Shown here: in pieces, positions 1 through 11,800 of the stretch
Layout: each line of letters begins with the position of its first letter
Numbering within the stretch: position 1 is the first letter of the stretch
Source of the DNA: Balanoglossus misakiensis
Lineage: Eukaryota; Animalia; Hemichordata
Direction: 5' to 3'
Assembly: GCA_040954595.2 (NCBI GenBank)
Contig: CM082593.2
Location: 10,801,477-10,865,476, forward strand
Length of the DNA stretch: 64,000 nt
The notes under the pieces: model-generated
Database searches by the model: none
What the model was told of the DNA's origin: nothing
What the model saw: the letters and a program-made list of their open reading frames with translations, nothing else
Position numbers and translations under genes: made by a program

Positions 1-760
1 TGAGCCTGGACAGAATTCAAAATATCACTGAAATGCTTGTGCCACATAATTGCAATTTCACTCTCACCAGTCGCTCCACCTACAGTGTCAGAAAGCGGCA
101 TTTTTCTGCTAGTTTGCTTTCTGACTTCCTTCCAGAAGTCGTTCTGTTTGTGGCAGCGTAAATTGTCAGCCATCTTGTCAGCCCTATTTTGATTCTCAAT
201 CTTTTTACAAGCACGTAAAGCATACTTAAAACGAGCTCTGGAAGATTTCATGGTTTCAAAAAGCGGGCCTTGTTAAGGTTTACCCCCATTAACCCATAAT
301 AAAAACATGGAACGGGCATAGTCGTGACTTTCTTTTACAAAATCGTTCCAGCCAGGCACAACATGAACTTTCTGGTGAAACTTACGCCTAATGGTATCTT
401 TTGCAGCACAATTCAATGCGTCCACAACACTACTATAACAAGTATCAATTGCCTGTAAATGCGAAGGGTATGTACAGTTCACATTAGTGCAGAATAACTC
501 TTCGGATAAATTAATCTTATCAACCTTGGCTTTGGTACAACGGGTGTAGGCGGATATATTCTGCTGTGACAATTTTTTCCAATCAACTCGAAAATTACAT
601 TGCTTGAAGGAACTACTGCTGAAGCATTCATCAGCAGAAGTGTTGAAATGAACCTCTATTGAAACAGGAATATGGTCGGAGTCAACAACATTGCAAAGAC
701 TCGAAATTGAAAGAACATTGCTATAAAAAAATTTAGTGGTAACACAGTGGTCAATCCAAA
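1..760 (-). mobile_element. RTE-X-like LINE fragment, copy 1 (end of endonuclease plus linker; continues left of the window)
   Basis: The minus strand encodes the APE endonuclease end motifs WIDHCVTT and SDHIP and the linker VVPGWNDFVK..AR..F.LW. There is an in-frame TAA at 273-275. Homologous to 48810-49569. Confidence 0.85.
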
Positions 761-1361
761 CTCAGCGTAATTCAATAAAACGCCCTAACACAGCCTGAAC
801 TCCGATAATGTGTTGTCCCAAAATTCATTCCATGGAAAATAATCACTGGTCTGTTTACGTATTTCAGCCGATTTTCCAAGGACTACTGCAACTCGCCAGA
901 AGTGAGTAGCCTGCTAATGAGATCTCCACAACATTACGTAATGACGGTCAAAGTCCGATGCCCCAGTGTCCGTCCTCAGCCCACCAAAAAATGCGAAAAA
1001 ATATTACAAAAATCTTCTTCTCAAAATCGACGTGGCCTAGGACCTTGAAATTTGGCACAGGGGATTTTGGCCACATGGTCTACAAAAATCGCGAAAAGAA
1101 TGTACATGCCCCCATTAACGTGCAAATTAGGTCAATTTGAAAATTTCGCTCGATTATAGCCACAAAGTCACGTGACTAATTACAAATTCAAAGGGCAGGT
1201 GCACCAGTACTCATGGGCCCCAACCACCGTGCCAAATTTGGAGGCGCACCTGCCGGAATTTCAGAGAAAAACGGGCGCAAAAAAACGACTCAAGAAGAAA
1301 GAAGACAAACTCCAGCAATAACAGAAGGGGACCAAGCGCCTGAGGGCTCTTGGTCCCCTAA
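761..1361 (+). mobile_element. Terminal part of a non-autonomous Helentron/HINE-like element, copy 1
   Basis: Terminal 11-bp stem-loop aggggaccaag..cttggtcccct (1326-1359) followed by AAAT. Internal aaatcttcttctc...ttgaaatttggcacag motif resembles Helentron-associated repeats (recalled, not searched). Confidence 0.5.
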
Positions 1362-2090
1362 ATATGGGACTAAACTTGACAGATACCCGGAATATTTTCC
1401 TATTTAGGATACCTGGTTGCATTTCCACCTAAAGGCGTCCTATTGGCGTGGAAATTTTATAACTTGAAATCGTTTGACTGGGTGATAGGTATTAATATCT
1501 TATGATGTTATAAAACACTTGGCTCGCCGAAGGTAAGGACCGATTATAGCGTCAGTCGTGTCATAAAATCTATATGAACGTCATGGGTCAATAAACTTGA
1601 TGGTCCAATAAAATTTAATGGTTCGTAAAACTATTGTGTCCAATGTCTGCAGAGTATACTGGCTGCAACATGTGTATGAGTCAGGATTAACGGCTGTAGC
1701 CATCAACCCAAAAGGTGAACGTCCTATTCTCACTAACTTAAATAGGTTTTGCGACCTAGTTGAGTGATAAAAACCTTATGATAAAGTCGACACAATTTCA
1801 AGATGACGATGTGCAAATGAGAGTTCATAAGCTAAAGTAAAGTTCAATGAATTCTATACAAAGTTCAAAAAAGATTTTTTACTAAAGGAAGACATGAACA
1901 AACTGATATCGTCTCTTCATATTCGTACATGTCCAACTGTTGTGATTTGACCCCCCCCCCCCATGGTACATGAACCTATTACTTAGTACACACTTAAACA
2001 ATTGGCATTTGAAGTGCCTTGCTTGACAGTGTTTAATGCGGTGGTCAGCCGCGTTTATCTCTCGCCACTTCATGCATCATGTCGCCTTAA

Positions 2091-2410
2091 AGGGACAAAC
2101 TCTCTCTCTCGTCGCCCTTTTCTATTAATTATGTTTGATACAAGACACCGTTTATATTAATGGGCATGTGTATATGTAGTGAATGAACGTTCAACCACAC
2201 ACAACTTCCATCCTGCTTGTATGATATGAGAGTAAAAACTCGCCCAAAATGAATTAATGGTAGAGACCGATTTTTCAGTTTTGCGAGTTTTCGCTCTCGT
2301 GTCTACATGCGGGATAGAAGGTGTGTGCGGTTGAACGTTGCATCACTATATATCCACATTTACATTAATATAAACGGTGTTTTGTATCAAACATGGAAAA
2401 GGGCAGCGAG
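2091..2410. mobile_element. Palindromic Kolobok-like MITE, family A (right TIR lost)
   Basis: Starts TTAA|AGGGAC. Arms are long imperfect inverted repeats (tgatacaagacaccgtttatattaatg vs cattaatataaacggtgttttgtatca). A TTAA target with RR termini fits Kolobok better than piggyBac. Confidence 0.7.
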
Positions 2411-2414
2411 TTAA

Positions 2415-2780
2415 GGATGTACGATCAGTAAAATTGAAAGCATTGTCATTTCTTTTAATCGTGAATTTTCGTTTCTGATTTGTATGTATAATGAAAATCC
2501 ATTTTGGGTCACTGCACTTGTTTTCGACTTTAAACAAGGCCGTGAATTTAGTCGACAATTGAAGAAAACTGCTAACGGTCAGCATTTTCTACCAATGGTT
2601 TGTCTATGGATACAATATTGAACAAAGTTTATCTCAAAATAGAGCGTGATGAATTTATTTTGATTTGTCGGAGCTATGTGTAAAATTTCATGAAAATGAC
2701 AATAGTAGAAGTGAGTTTTCTAACTATTCTCCATGTACTCCTATGGGAAGAGACACAGGCGCACAGTTTACCAGTTGACG
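2415..2780. mobile_element. TTAA-type MITE, family B, left part
   Basis: Starts TTAA|GGATGTACG. The matching right end (cgtacatca|ttga) survives only in duplication copy 2 at 51549-51561. Confidence 0.55.
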
Positions 2781-3046
2781 ACCTCTAAAGAGGAAACGGG
2801 GGGGGGGGATGATGAAAGGTTTAAGACTTACAGATCACAACTTAAAGAGCCATTCAGAAAGAGGCTTAGAGTGGAGTATCAAATCGGACGATACCACTGA
2901 CTGGTGGAGGAAGACAAAATAAGCAAACTGAGTAGATGAGTGCTCAGATTTCTTCAGAGGACCAAACGTTTCAAAGAATTATACGTGACAATCCATGCCT
3001 GGTCCGTCAGTAGATATAAACAGAACATTGTGGCTGTATTCATTAA

Positions 3047-3337
3047 AGGGACCAAGTCTCTCTCTCGCTGCCCTTTTTCCATTAATTATGTTTGATACAA
3101 GACTGCGTTTATATTATTCTACATGTGGATATAGTGAATCAACGTTCAACCATACACACCTTCCACCCCGCTTGTATAGACACGAGAGTTTTAAAAAGTA
3201 GCCAAAATGAATAAACGGTCTCTACCATTTATTCATTTTGGGCGAGTTTTTACTCTCGTATCATACAAGCCGGATGGAAGTTGTGTGTGGTTGAACGTTC
3301 ATTCACTAACATAAACGGTGTCTTGTATCATGTCCCT
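3047..3337. mobile_element. Palindromic Kolobok-like MITE, family A, opposite orientation
   Basis: TTAA|AGGGAC...GTCCCT|TTAA (TTAA at 3043-3046 and 3338-3341). The centre cggtctctacc is the reverse complement of the centre of the 2091 copy. Confidence 0.8.
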
Positions 3338-3687
3338 TTAACACTTTTGAAGCATTTTACTAATGCTAACATGACTAGACCAATTGAATGATGTTACATT
3401 GCAGGTTATCAACTCAGAGGGGCGTCTTGTTATAAAGCGGTACCTGACAAACAATCAGCTGGCAACGCTGAAAATACCTGTCAGTCGTAAGTATGAAAGT
3501 ATACATCATTTGAGTAGAATTTTACGGGAGTTCCTAACAAGGCTTGGACATGTCACGCACAAATACAAAGGGCGCGTATAAAGACAGACAAAACCTCGCT
3601 CAGTGTGAGGTGTTCAGCGATTGCATCTGATAAGTCGAAAATGCTTGATCACGTGTCATGTTCAGTTGGGAAATTGGATATGTCTCA

Positions 3688-3948
3688 GGCCAAAAAAACT
3701 TAATATGTGCTATTCCGATTACATGGTTTTCAAAAATATTGTAGGTAGAAAGGGACATTTTTTTATTTTTCAATTTTTTTTATATCTTTGGCCGTCGTAG
3801 TGTAGAAGAATGACATCATAGATCTTGCGTGATTCTCGCAATTTTCATGAATTGTTTTATATTTGACATCGTTATTTTTACTTCCGGTTTGCGAAGATCT
3901 AAACTGTTTTGGGTCGGCGGGCTAAAATTAGGGTAGTTCGGGTAATCG
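3688..3948. mobile_element. Possible Zator-like MITE remnant
   Basis: GGCCAAAAAAA start with gggtaggtag and gggtcggcggg..tagggtagttcgggtaatcg motifs that resemble Zator-type non-autonomous elements (recalled). No right TIR found. Confidence 0.35.
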
Positions 3949-4119
3949 TTATGACATTGGGAGCTACGGCTGCAAAACCATGTGTCTCGTGCGAAAAGGG
4001 CCCTTAACCTTTTGCAATATTTAACAGCAAACAACAGACAGTTTTGAGAATAAAAGGTTTCCGTCGTGTCTGACTTTCATATCGCATTAATAGCATATCC
4101 CTAATTTTAAAGAAATTAG

Positions 4120-4350
4120 GAGAGACAGAGTGAAACAGGCAGAGTGGCAGACAGACACAAGCAGACAGACAGAGCAACATTCATCAGTAGAGACACTCAC
4201 CGGTCGCTCGCTCGCTCGCTCACTCTCTCTCTCAGAGAGAGGGGGCAGACAGTCAGACAGACAGACGTTGACAGACAGTCAGTAAGTCAGTCAGCCAGTT
4301 AATCAGTCAGTCAGACGTCAAAGACACAGTGACACAAACACAGCGAGGGA
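4120..4350. repeat. Compound degenerate microsatellite (GACA, TCGC, CT, CAGT)
   Basis: Runs such as tcgctcgctcgctcgc, ctctctctct and cagtcagtcag. Also present at about 53070-53300. Confidence 0.8.
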
Positions 4351-5844
4351 GACAAAAGGACCTTTCATGCTTAAACCCCTGTTCTTCTGTTATAAACTTT
4401 GAAAACCGTTCGTTTTCAGACTGCAGATTGCTCGAATAACGCGGCACACTGCCGAAACAATAAAACAAATACTAGTGGGAGCTCATAAAATAAAATCGCT
4501 CAACCATTCCGTCGTCCTGAGTGACCTCAGCCACATTAATTCCGACGTCTTTTTAGGGTCATGAAAAAAGTCACAAATAAGGTATTTCCCCTAGGTCCAC
4601 CTGAAGCAAAAAGTTTTCGTTTCGACTCCATCATTCCGAATAGTAAGAAAGCAACAAAATTGAAAAGACAGATGTAAAATGCAATCTCTCTCACGTGGTA
4701 ACGTTTGTAACTATGGCAATCACGGTACGTGTTCAGTACACAGACAGGGAGAAAAGTTTCCCCATGCAATACATGTGTTCAGTAAGGTTTGACCTTGGTT
4801 TTACTTTGTACCATGATCGCCGCTTTCTAAGCATGGATGAACGACGGCGGTCAGACCCAATCGAACCCTTTCATGTCAGATGACCACGGTATCTCCAGTG
4901 TGAGATGACATTTGACAAACCATTTGATTTCAACAAAATCTTCGCGTCGTCAACGCGTCGCATACCAGTCGCATATCGGTATTTACCCAATCATAAAAGT
5001 TGGAAATTCGGGAGACTCGATCTGCAACCAAGTTGAGAGTAAATTTTGACGTTTGACTATTGGCAAGTAAACAGGTTACACAATGACTTGTCGGTTTTTC
5101 CTCCGTCATGGTCGTTCTTGACCCAAGTGTCCTTCCTTGACATTTAGACACACCTTGCGGTATGACCTTGGTGGTCATGTGCAATTAGTTTTCTTGTATA
5201 AGACGCTTTTCATGCCGGGGTAGACGACTTGTGCGTGGATCATCAACATTTCAGTGATATTTCAACGCAAAGTTTTAGCAATATTGAGAAAACAGGTAGT
5301 GAGGTGTCAAATGCATATCAATGTACGAAAATTAGGTCAAGCCACCCGACAGCAACCGCTTTCACACAGTGTCGGACGTTGCACGGAATGTGAAACGTTA
5401 CACTGCTTCGGCCGTTCACATGCACCTGGGCGTGGTTTTGATTGATGGTCAAACGCCCCCACTTACTTTGGGCGTTTTCAATGGTAAATGTGTCGTATTG
5501 ATCGAAACCTTGCCGTAAACACATTTTTTTTGCTGAATCAACATTCAGAGTTCAGCCGTCTAGTTAACGAAGTATTGAAATAAGCCACTTGTTCATCATT
5601 TTTTGTCTGTCAAACGTGTTTATTCGGACAGGGACCGGCCGCCAATGAGTGGTTTAGGGAGCCCACACGTACACTCTGGTACCTGGACAATTAACAAAGA
5701 CATGACGTGTGTACCGTCCGGTTCGAAAAGATTGGTTTAAGGTAGTCCTGGTAACAGTCATCCTAACGAGGCCAGGGGAGGTCTCCAAGGGCGAAATAAA
5801 CAAAGCTACCGATGACGAGTCGAATTCGAATCGGACGATGCTTG

Positions 5845-8800
5845 TTTTCGACTTTGCAAAATCTCAAAATTTCGTCGATTTTTGAAAAAAAATCATGGGT
5901 GAAAATGCATCAAAAAATGAGAAATTTTCGACTTTGCAAAATCTCAAAATTTCGTCAATTTTGAAAAAAATCATGGGTGAAAATCATCAAAAAATGACAA
6001 ATTTTCGACTTTGCAAAATCTCAAAATTTCGTCGATTTTTGAAAAAAATCATGGGTGAAAATCATCAAAAAAATGACAAATTTTCGACTTTGCAAAATCT
6101 CAAAATTTTGTTGATTTTTGAAAAAAATCATAGGTGAAAATCATCAAAAAATGACAAATTTTCGACTTTGCAAAATCTCAAAATTTCGTCGATTTTTGAA
6201 GAAAATCATGGGTGAAAATCATCAAAAAATGACAAATTTTCGACTTTGCAAAATCTCAAAATTTCGTAGATTTTTGAAAAAAAACATGGGTAAAAATCAT
6301 CAAAAAATGACAAATTTTCGACTTTGCAAAATCTCAAAATTTCGTCCATTTTTAAAAAAAAAACATGGGGGAAAATCATCAAAAAATGACAAATTTTCGA
6401 CTTTGCAAAATCTCAAAATTTCGTCAATTTTGAATAAAAATCATGGGTGAAAATCATCAAAAAATGACAAATTTTCGACTTTGCAAAATCTCAAAATTTC
6501 GTCGATTTTGAAAAAAATCATGGGTGAAAATAATCAAAAAATGACAAATTTTCGACTTTGCAAAATCTCAAAATTTCGTCGATTTTTGAAAAAAATCATG
6601 GGTGAAAAATAATCAAAAAAATGACAAATTTTCGACTTTGCAAAATCTCAAATTTTGTTGATTTTTGAAAAAAATCATAGGTGAAAATCATCAAAAAATG
6701 ACAAATTTTCGACTTTGCAAAATCTCAAAATTTCGTCGATTTTTGAAGAAAATCATGGGTGAAAATCATCAAAAAATGACAAATTTTCGACTTTGCAAAA
6801 TCTCAAAATTTTTTCGATTTTTGAAAAATATCATTGGTGAAAATCATCAAAAAATGACAAATTTTGAAAAAAAAACGGGTGAAAATCATCAAAAAATGAC
6901 ACATTTTCGACTTCGCAAAATCTCAAAAGTTTTTCGATTGTTGAAAAAAATCATGGGTGAAAATCATCAAAAAAATGACAAATTTTCGACGTTGCAAAAT
7001 CTCAAAATTTTGTTGATTTTTGACAAAAATCATAGGTGAAAATCATCAAAAAATGACAAATTTTCGACTTTGCAAAATCTCAAAATTTCGTCGATTTTTG
7101 AAGAAAATCATGGGTGAAAATCATCAAAAAATGAAAATTTTTCGTCTTTGCAAAATCTCAAAATTTCGTCCATTTTTGAAAAAAAAATCATGGGTAAAAA
7201 TCATCAAAAATGACAAATTTTCGTCTTTGCAAAATCTCAAAATTTCGTCGATTTTTGAAGAAAATCATGGGTGAAAATCATCAAAAAATGACAAATTTTC
7301 GACTTTGCAAAATCTCAAATTTTTTTCGATTTTTGAAAAAAGACATGGGTGAAAATCATCAAAAAATGACAAATTTTCGACTTTGCAAAATCTCAAAATT
7401 TCGTTGATTTTTGAAAAAAAACATGGGTTAAAATCATCAAAAAATGACAAATTTTCGACTTTGCAAAATCTCAAAATTTCGTCCATTTTTAAAAAAAAAA
7501 CATGGGGGAAAATCATCAAAAAAATGACAAATTTTCGACTTTGCAAAATCTCAAAATTTCGTCGATTTTTGAAAAAAAATCATGGGTGAAAATGCATCAA
7601 AAAATGAGAAATTTTCGACTTTGCAAAATCTCAAAATTTCGTCAATTTTGAAAAAAATCATGGGTGAAAATCATCAAAAAAATGACAAATTTTCGACGTT
7701 GCAAAATCTCAAAATTTTGTTGATTTTTGAAAAAAATCATAGGTGAAAATCATCAAAAAATGACAAATTTTCGACTTTGCAAAATCTCAAAATTTCGTCG
7801 ATTTTTGAAGAAAATCATGGGTGAAAATCATCAAAAAATGACAAATTTTCGACTTTGCAAAATCTCAAAATTTTTTCGATTTTTGAAAAATATCATTGGT
7901 GAAAATCATCAAAAAATGACAAATTTTGAAAAAAAAACGGGTGAAAATCATCAAAAAATGACACATTTTCGACTTCGCAAAATCTCAAAATTTTTTCGAT
8001 TGTTGAAAAAAATCATCGGTGAAAATCATCAAAAAATGACAAATTTTCGACTTTGCAAAATCTCAAAATTTCGTCGATTTTTGAAAAAAATCATGGGTGA
8101 AAATCATCAAAAAAATGACAAATTTTCGACGTTGCAAAATCTCAAAATTTTGTTGATTTTTGACAAAAATCATAGGTGAAAATCATCAAAAAATGACAAA
8201 TTTTCGACTTTGCAAAATCTCAAAATTTCGTCGATTTTTGAAGAAAATCATGGGTGAAAATCATCAAAAAATGACAAATTTTCGACTTTGCAAAATCTCA
8301 AAATTTTTTCGATTTTTGAAAAATATCATCGGTGAAAATCATCAAAAAATGACAAATTTTCGACTTTGCAAAATCTCAAAATTTCGTCGATTTTTGAAAA
8401 AAATCATGGGTGAAAATCATCAAAAAAATGACAAATTTTCGACGTTGCAAAATCTCAAAATTTTGTTGATTTTTGAAAAAAATCATAGGTGAAAATCATC
8501 AAAAAATGACAAATTTTCGACTTTGCAAAATCTCAAAATTTCGTCGATTTTTGAAGAAAATCATGGGTGAAAATCATCAAAAAAATGACAAATTTTCGAC
8601 GTTGCAAAATCTCAAATTTTGTTGATTTTTGACAAAAATCATAGGTGAAAATCATCAAAAAATGACAAATTTTGAAAAAAAAACGGGTGAAAATCATCAA
8701 AAAATGACACATTTTCGACTTTGCAAAATCTCAAAATTTTTTCGATTGTTGAAAAAAATCATCGGTGAAAATCATCAAAAAATGACAAATTTTCGACTTT

Positions 8801-11800
8801 GCAAAATCTCAAAATTTCGTCGATTTTTGAAAAAAATCATGGGTGAAAATCATCAAAAAAATGACAAATTTTCGACGTTGCAAAATCTCAAAATTTTGTT
8901 GATTTTTGACAAAAATCATAGGTGAAAATCATCAAAAAATGACAAATTTTCGACTTTGCAAAATCTCAAAATTTCGTCGATTTTTGAAGAAAATCATGGG
9001 TGAAAATCATCAAAAAATGACAAATTTTCGACTTTGCAAAATCTCAAAATTTTTTCGATTTTTGAAAAATATCATCGGTGAAAATCATCAAAAAATGACA
9101 AATTTTCGACTTTGCAAAATCTCAAAATTTCGTCGATTTTTGAAAAAAATCATGGGTGAAAATCATCAAAAAAATGACAAATTTTCGACGTTGCAAAATC
9201 TCAAAATTTTGTTGATTTTTGAAAAAAATCATAGGTGAAAATCATCAAAAAATGACAAATTTTCGACTTTGCAAAATCTCAAAATTTCGTCGATTTTTGA
9301 AGAAAATCATGGGTGAAAATCATCAAAAAAATGACAAATTTTCGACGTTGCAAAATCTCAAATTTTGTTGATTTTTGACAAAAATCATAGGTGAAAATCA
9401 TCAAAAAATGACAAATTTTGAAAAAAAAACGGGTGAAAATCATCAAAAAATGACACATTTTCGACTTTGCAAAATCTCAAAATTTTTTCGATTGTTGAAA
9501 AAAATCATCGGTGAAAATCATCAAAAAATGACAAATTTTCGACTTTGCAAAATCTCAAAATTTCGTCGATTTTTGAAAAAAATCATGGGTGAAAATCATC
9601 AAAAAAATGACAAATTTTCGACGTTGCAAAATCTCAAAATTTTGTTGATTTTTGACAAAAATCATAGGTGAAAATCATCAAAAAATGACAAATTTTCGAC
9701 TTTGCAAAATCTCAAAATTTCGTCGATTTTTGAAGAAAATCATGGGTGAAAATCATCAAAAAATGACAAATTTTCGACTTTGCAAAATCTCAAAATTTTT
9801 TCGATTTTTGAAAAATATCATCGGTGAAAATCATCAAAAAATGACAAATTTTCGACTTTGCAAAATCTCAAAATTTCGTCGATTTTTGAAAAAAATCATG
9901 GGTGAAAATCATCAAAAAAATGACAAATTTTCGACGTTGCAAAATCTCAAAATTTTGTTGATTTTTGAAAAAAATCATAGGTGAAAATCATCAAAAAATG
10001 ACAAATTTTCGACTTTGCAAAATCTCAAAATTTCGTCGATTTTTGAAGAAAATCATGGGTGAAAATCATCAAAAAACGACAAATTTTCGACTTTGCAAAA
10101 TCTCAAAATTTTTTCGATTTTTGAAAAATATCATTGGTGAAAATCATCAAAAAATGACAAATTTTGAAAAAAAAACGGGTGAAAATCATCAAAAAATGAC
10201 ACATTTTCGACTTTGCAAAATCTCAAAATTTTTTCGATTGTTGAAAAAAATCATCGGTGAAAATCATCAAAAAATGACAAATTTTCGACTTTGCAAAATC
10301 TCAAAATTTCGTCGATTTTTGAAAAAAATCATGGGTGAAAATCAACAAAAAAATGACAAATTTTCGACGTTGCAAAATCTCAAATTTTGTTGATTTTTGA
10401 CAAAAATCATAGGTGAAAATCATCAAAAAATGACAAATTTTCGACTTTGCAAAATCTCAAAATTTCGTCGATTTTTGAAGAAAATCATGGGTGAAAATCA
10501 TCAAAAAATGACAAATTTTCGACTTTGCAAAATCTCAAAATTTTTTCGATTTTTGAAAAATATCATGGGTGAAAATCATCAAAAAATGACAAATTTTGAA
10601 AAAAAACCGGGTGAAAATGATCAAAAAATGACACATTTACGACTTTGCAAAATCTCAAAATTTCGTCCATTTTTGAAAAAAAAATCATGGGTAAAAATCA
10701 TCAAAAATGACAAATTTTCGTCTTTGCAAAATCTCAAAATTTCGTCGATTTTTGAAGAAAATCATGGGTGAAAATCATCAAAAAATGACAAATTTTCGAC
10801 TTTGCAAAATCTCAAAATTTTTTCGATTTTTGAAAAAAGACATGGGTGAAAATCATCAAAAAATGACAAATTTTCGACTTTGCAAAATCTCAAAATTTCG
10901 TAGATTTTTGAAAAAAAACATGGGTAAAAATCATCAAAAAATGACAAATTTTCGACTTTGCAAAATCTCAAAATTTCGTCCATTTTTAAAAAAAAAACAT
11001 GGGGGAAAATCATCAAAAAATGACAAATTTTCGACTTTGCAAAATCTCAAAATTTCGTCAATTTTGAATAAAAATCATGGGTGAAAATCATCAAAAAATG
11101 ACAAATTTTCGACTTTGCAAAATCTCACAATTTCGTCGATTTTTGAAAAAAAATCATGGGTGAAAATGCATCAAAAAATGAGAAATTTTCGACTTTGCAA
11201 AATGTCAAAATTTCGTCAATTTTGAAAAAAATCATGGGTGAAAATCATCAAAAAAATGACAAATTTTCGACTTTGCAAAATCTCAAAATTTTGTTGATTT
11301 TTGAAAAAAATCATAGGTGAAAATCATCAAAAAATGACAAATTTTCGACTTTGCAAAATCTCAAAATTTCGTCGATTTTTGAAGAAAATCATGGGTGAAA
11401 ATCATCAAAAAATGACAAATTTTCGACTTTGCAAAATCTCAAAATTTTTTCGATTTTTGAAAAATATCATTGGTGAAAATCATCAAAAAATGACAACTTT
11501 TGAAAAAAAAACGGGTGAAAATCATCAAAAAATGACACATTTTCGACTTCGCAAAATCTCAAAATTTTTTCGATTGTTGAAAAAAATCATCGGTGAAAAT
11601 CATCAAAAAATGACAAATATTCGACGTTGCAAAATCTCAAAATTTTGTTGATTTTTGACAAAAATCATAGGTGAAAATCATCAAAAAATGACAAATTTTC
11701 GACTTTGCAAAATCTCAAAATTTCGTCAATTTTGAAAAAAATCATGGGTGAAAATAATCAAAAAATGACACATTTACGACTTTGCAAAATCTCAAAATTT

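Larger units (their letters stand above)
1..5846 (+). repeat. Segmental duplication, copy 1 (starts before the window; direct repeat of 48810-54712)
   Basis: Position 1 (tgagcctggacagaattc) matches 48810. The two are collinear up to ...cggacgatgcttgtt (5846 vs 54712). About 11 substitutions in the first 600 bp by hand count, plus three larger indels. Confidence 0.97.

Noticed and set aside
1138-1155. tgaaaatttcgctcgatt in the Helentron-like element resembles the satellite, suggesting the satellite derives from it
   Set aside because: Only about 17 AT-rich bases match, with no extension on either side.
5820-5829. Palindrome TCGAATTCGA 16 bp from the satellite breakpoint as a targeting site
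   Set aside because: A single 10-bp palindrome, also intact at the empty site in copy 2, with no independent support.
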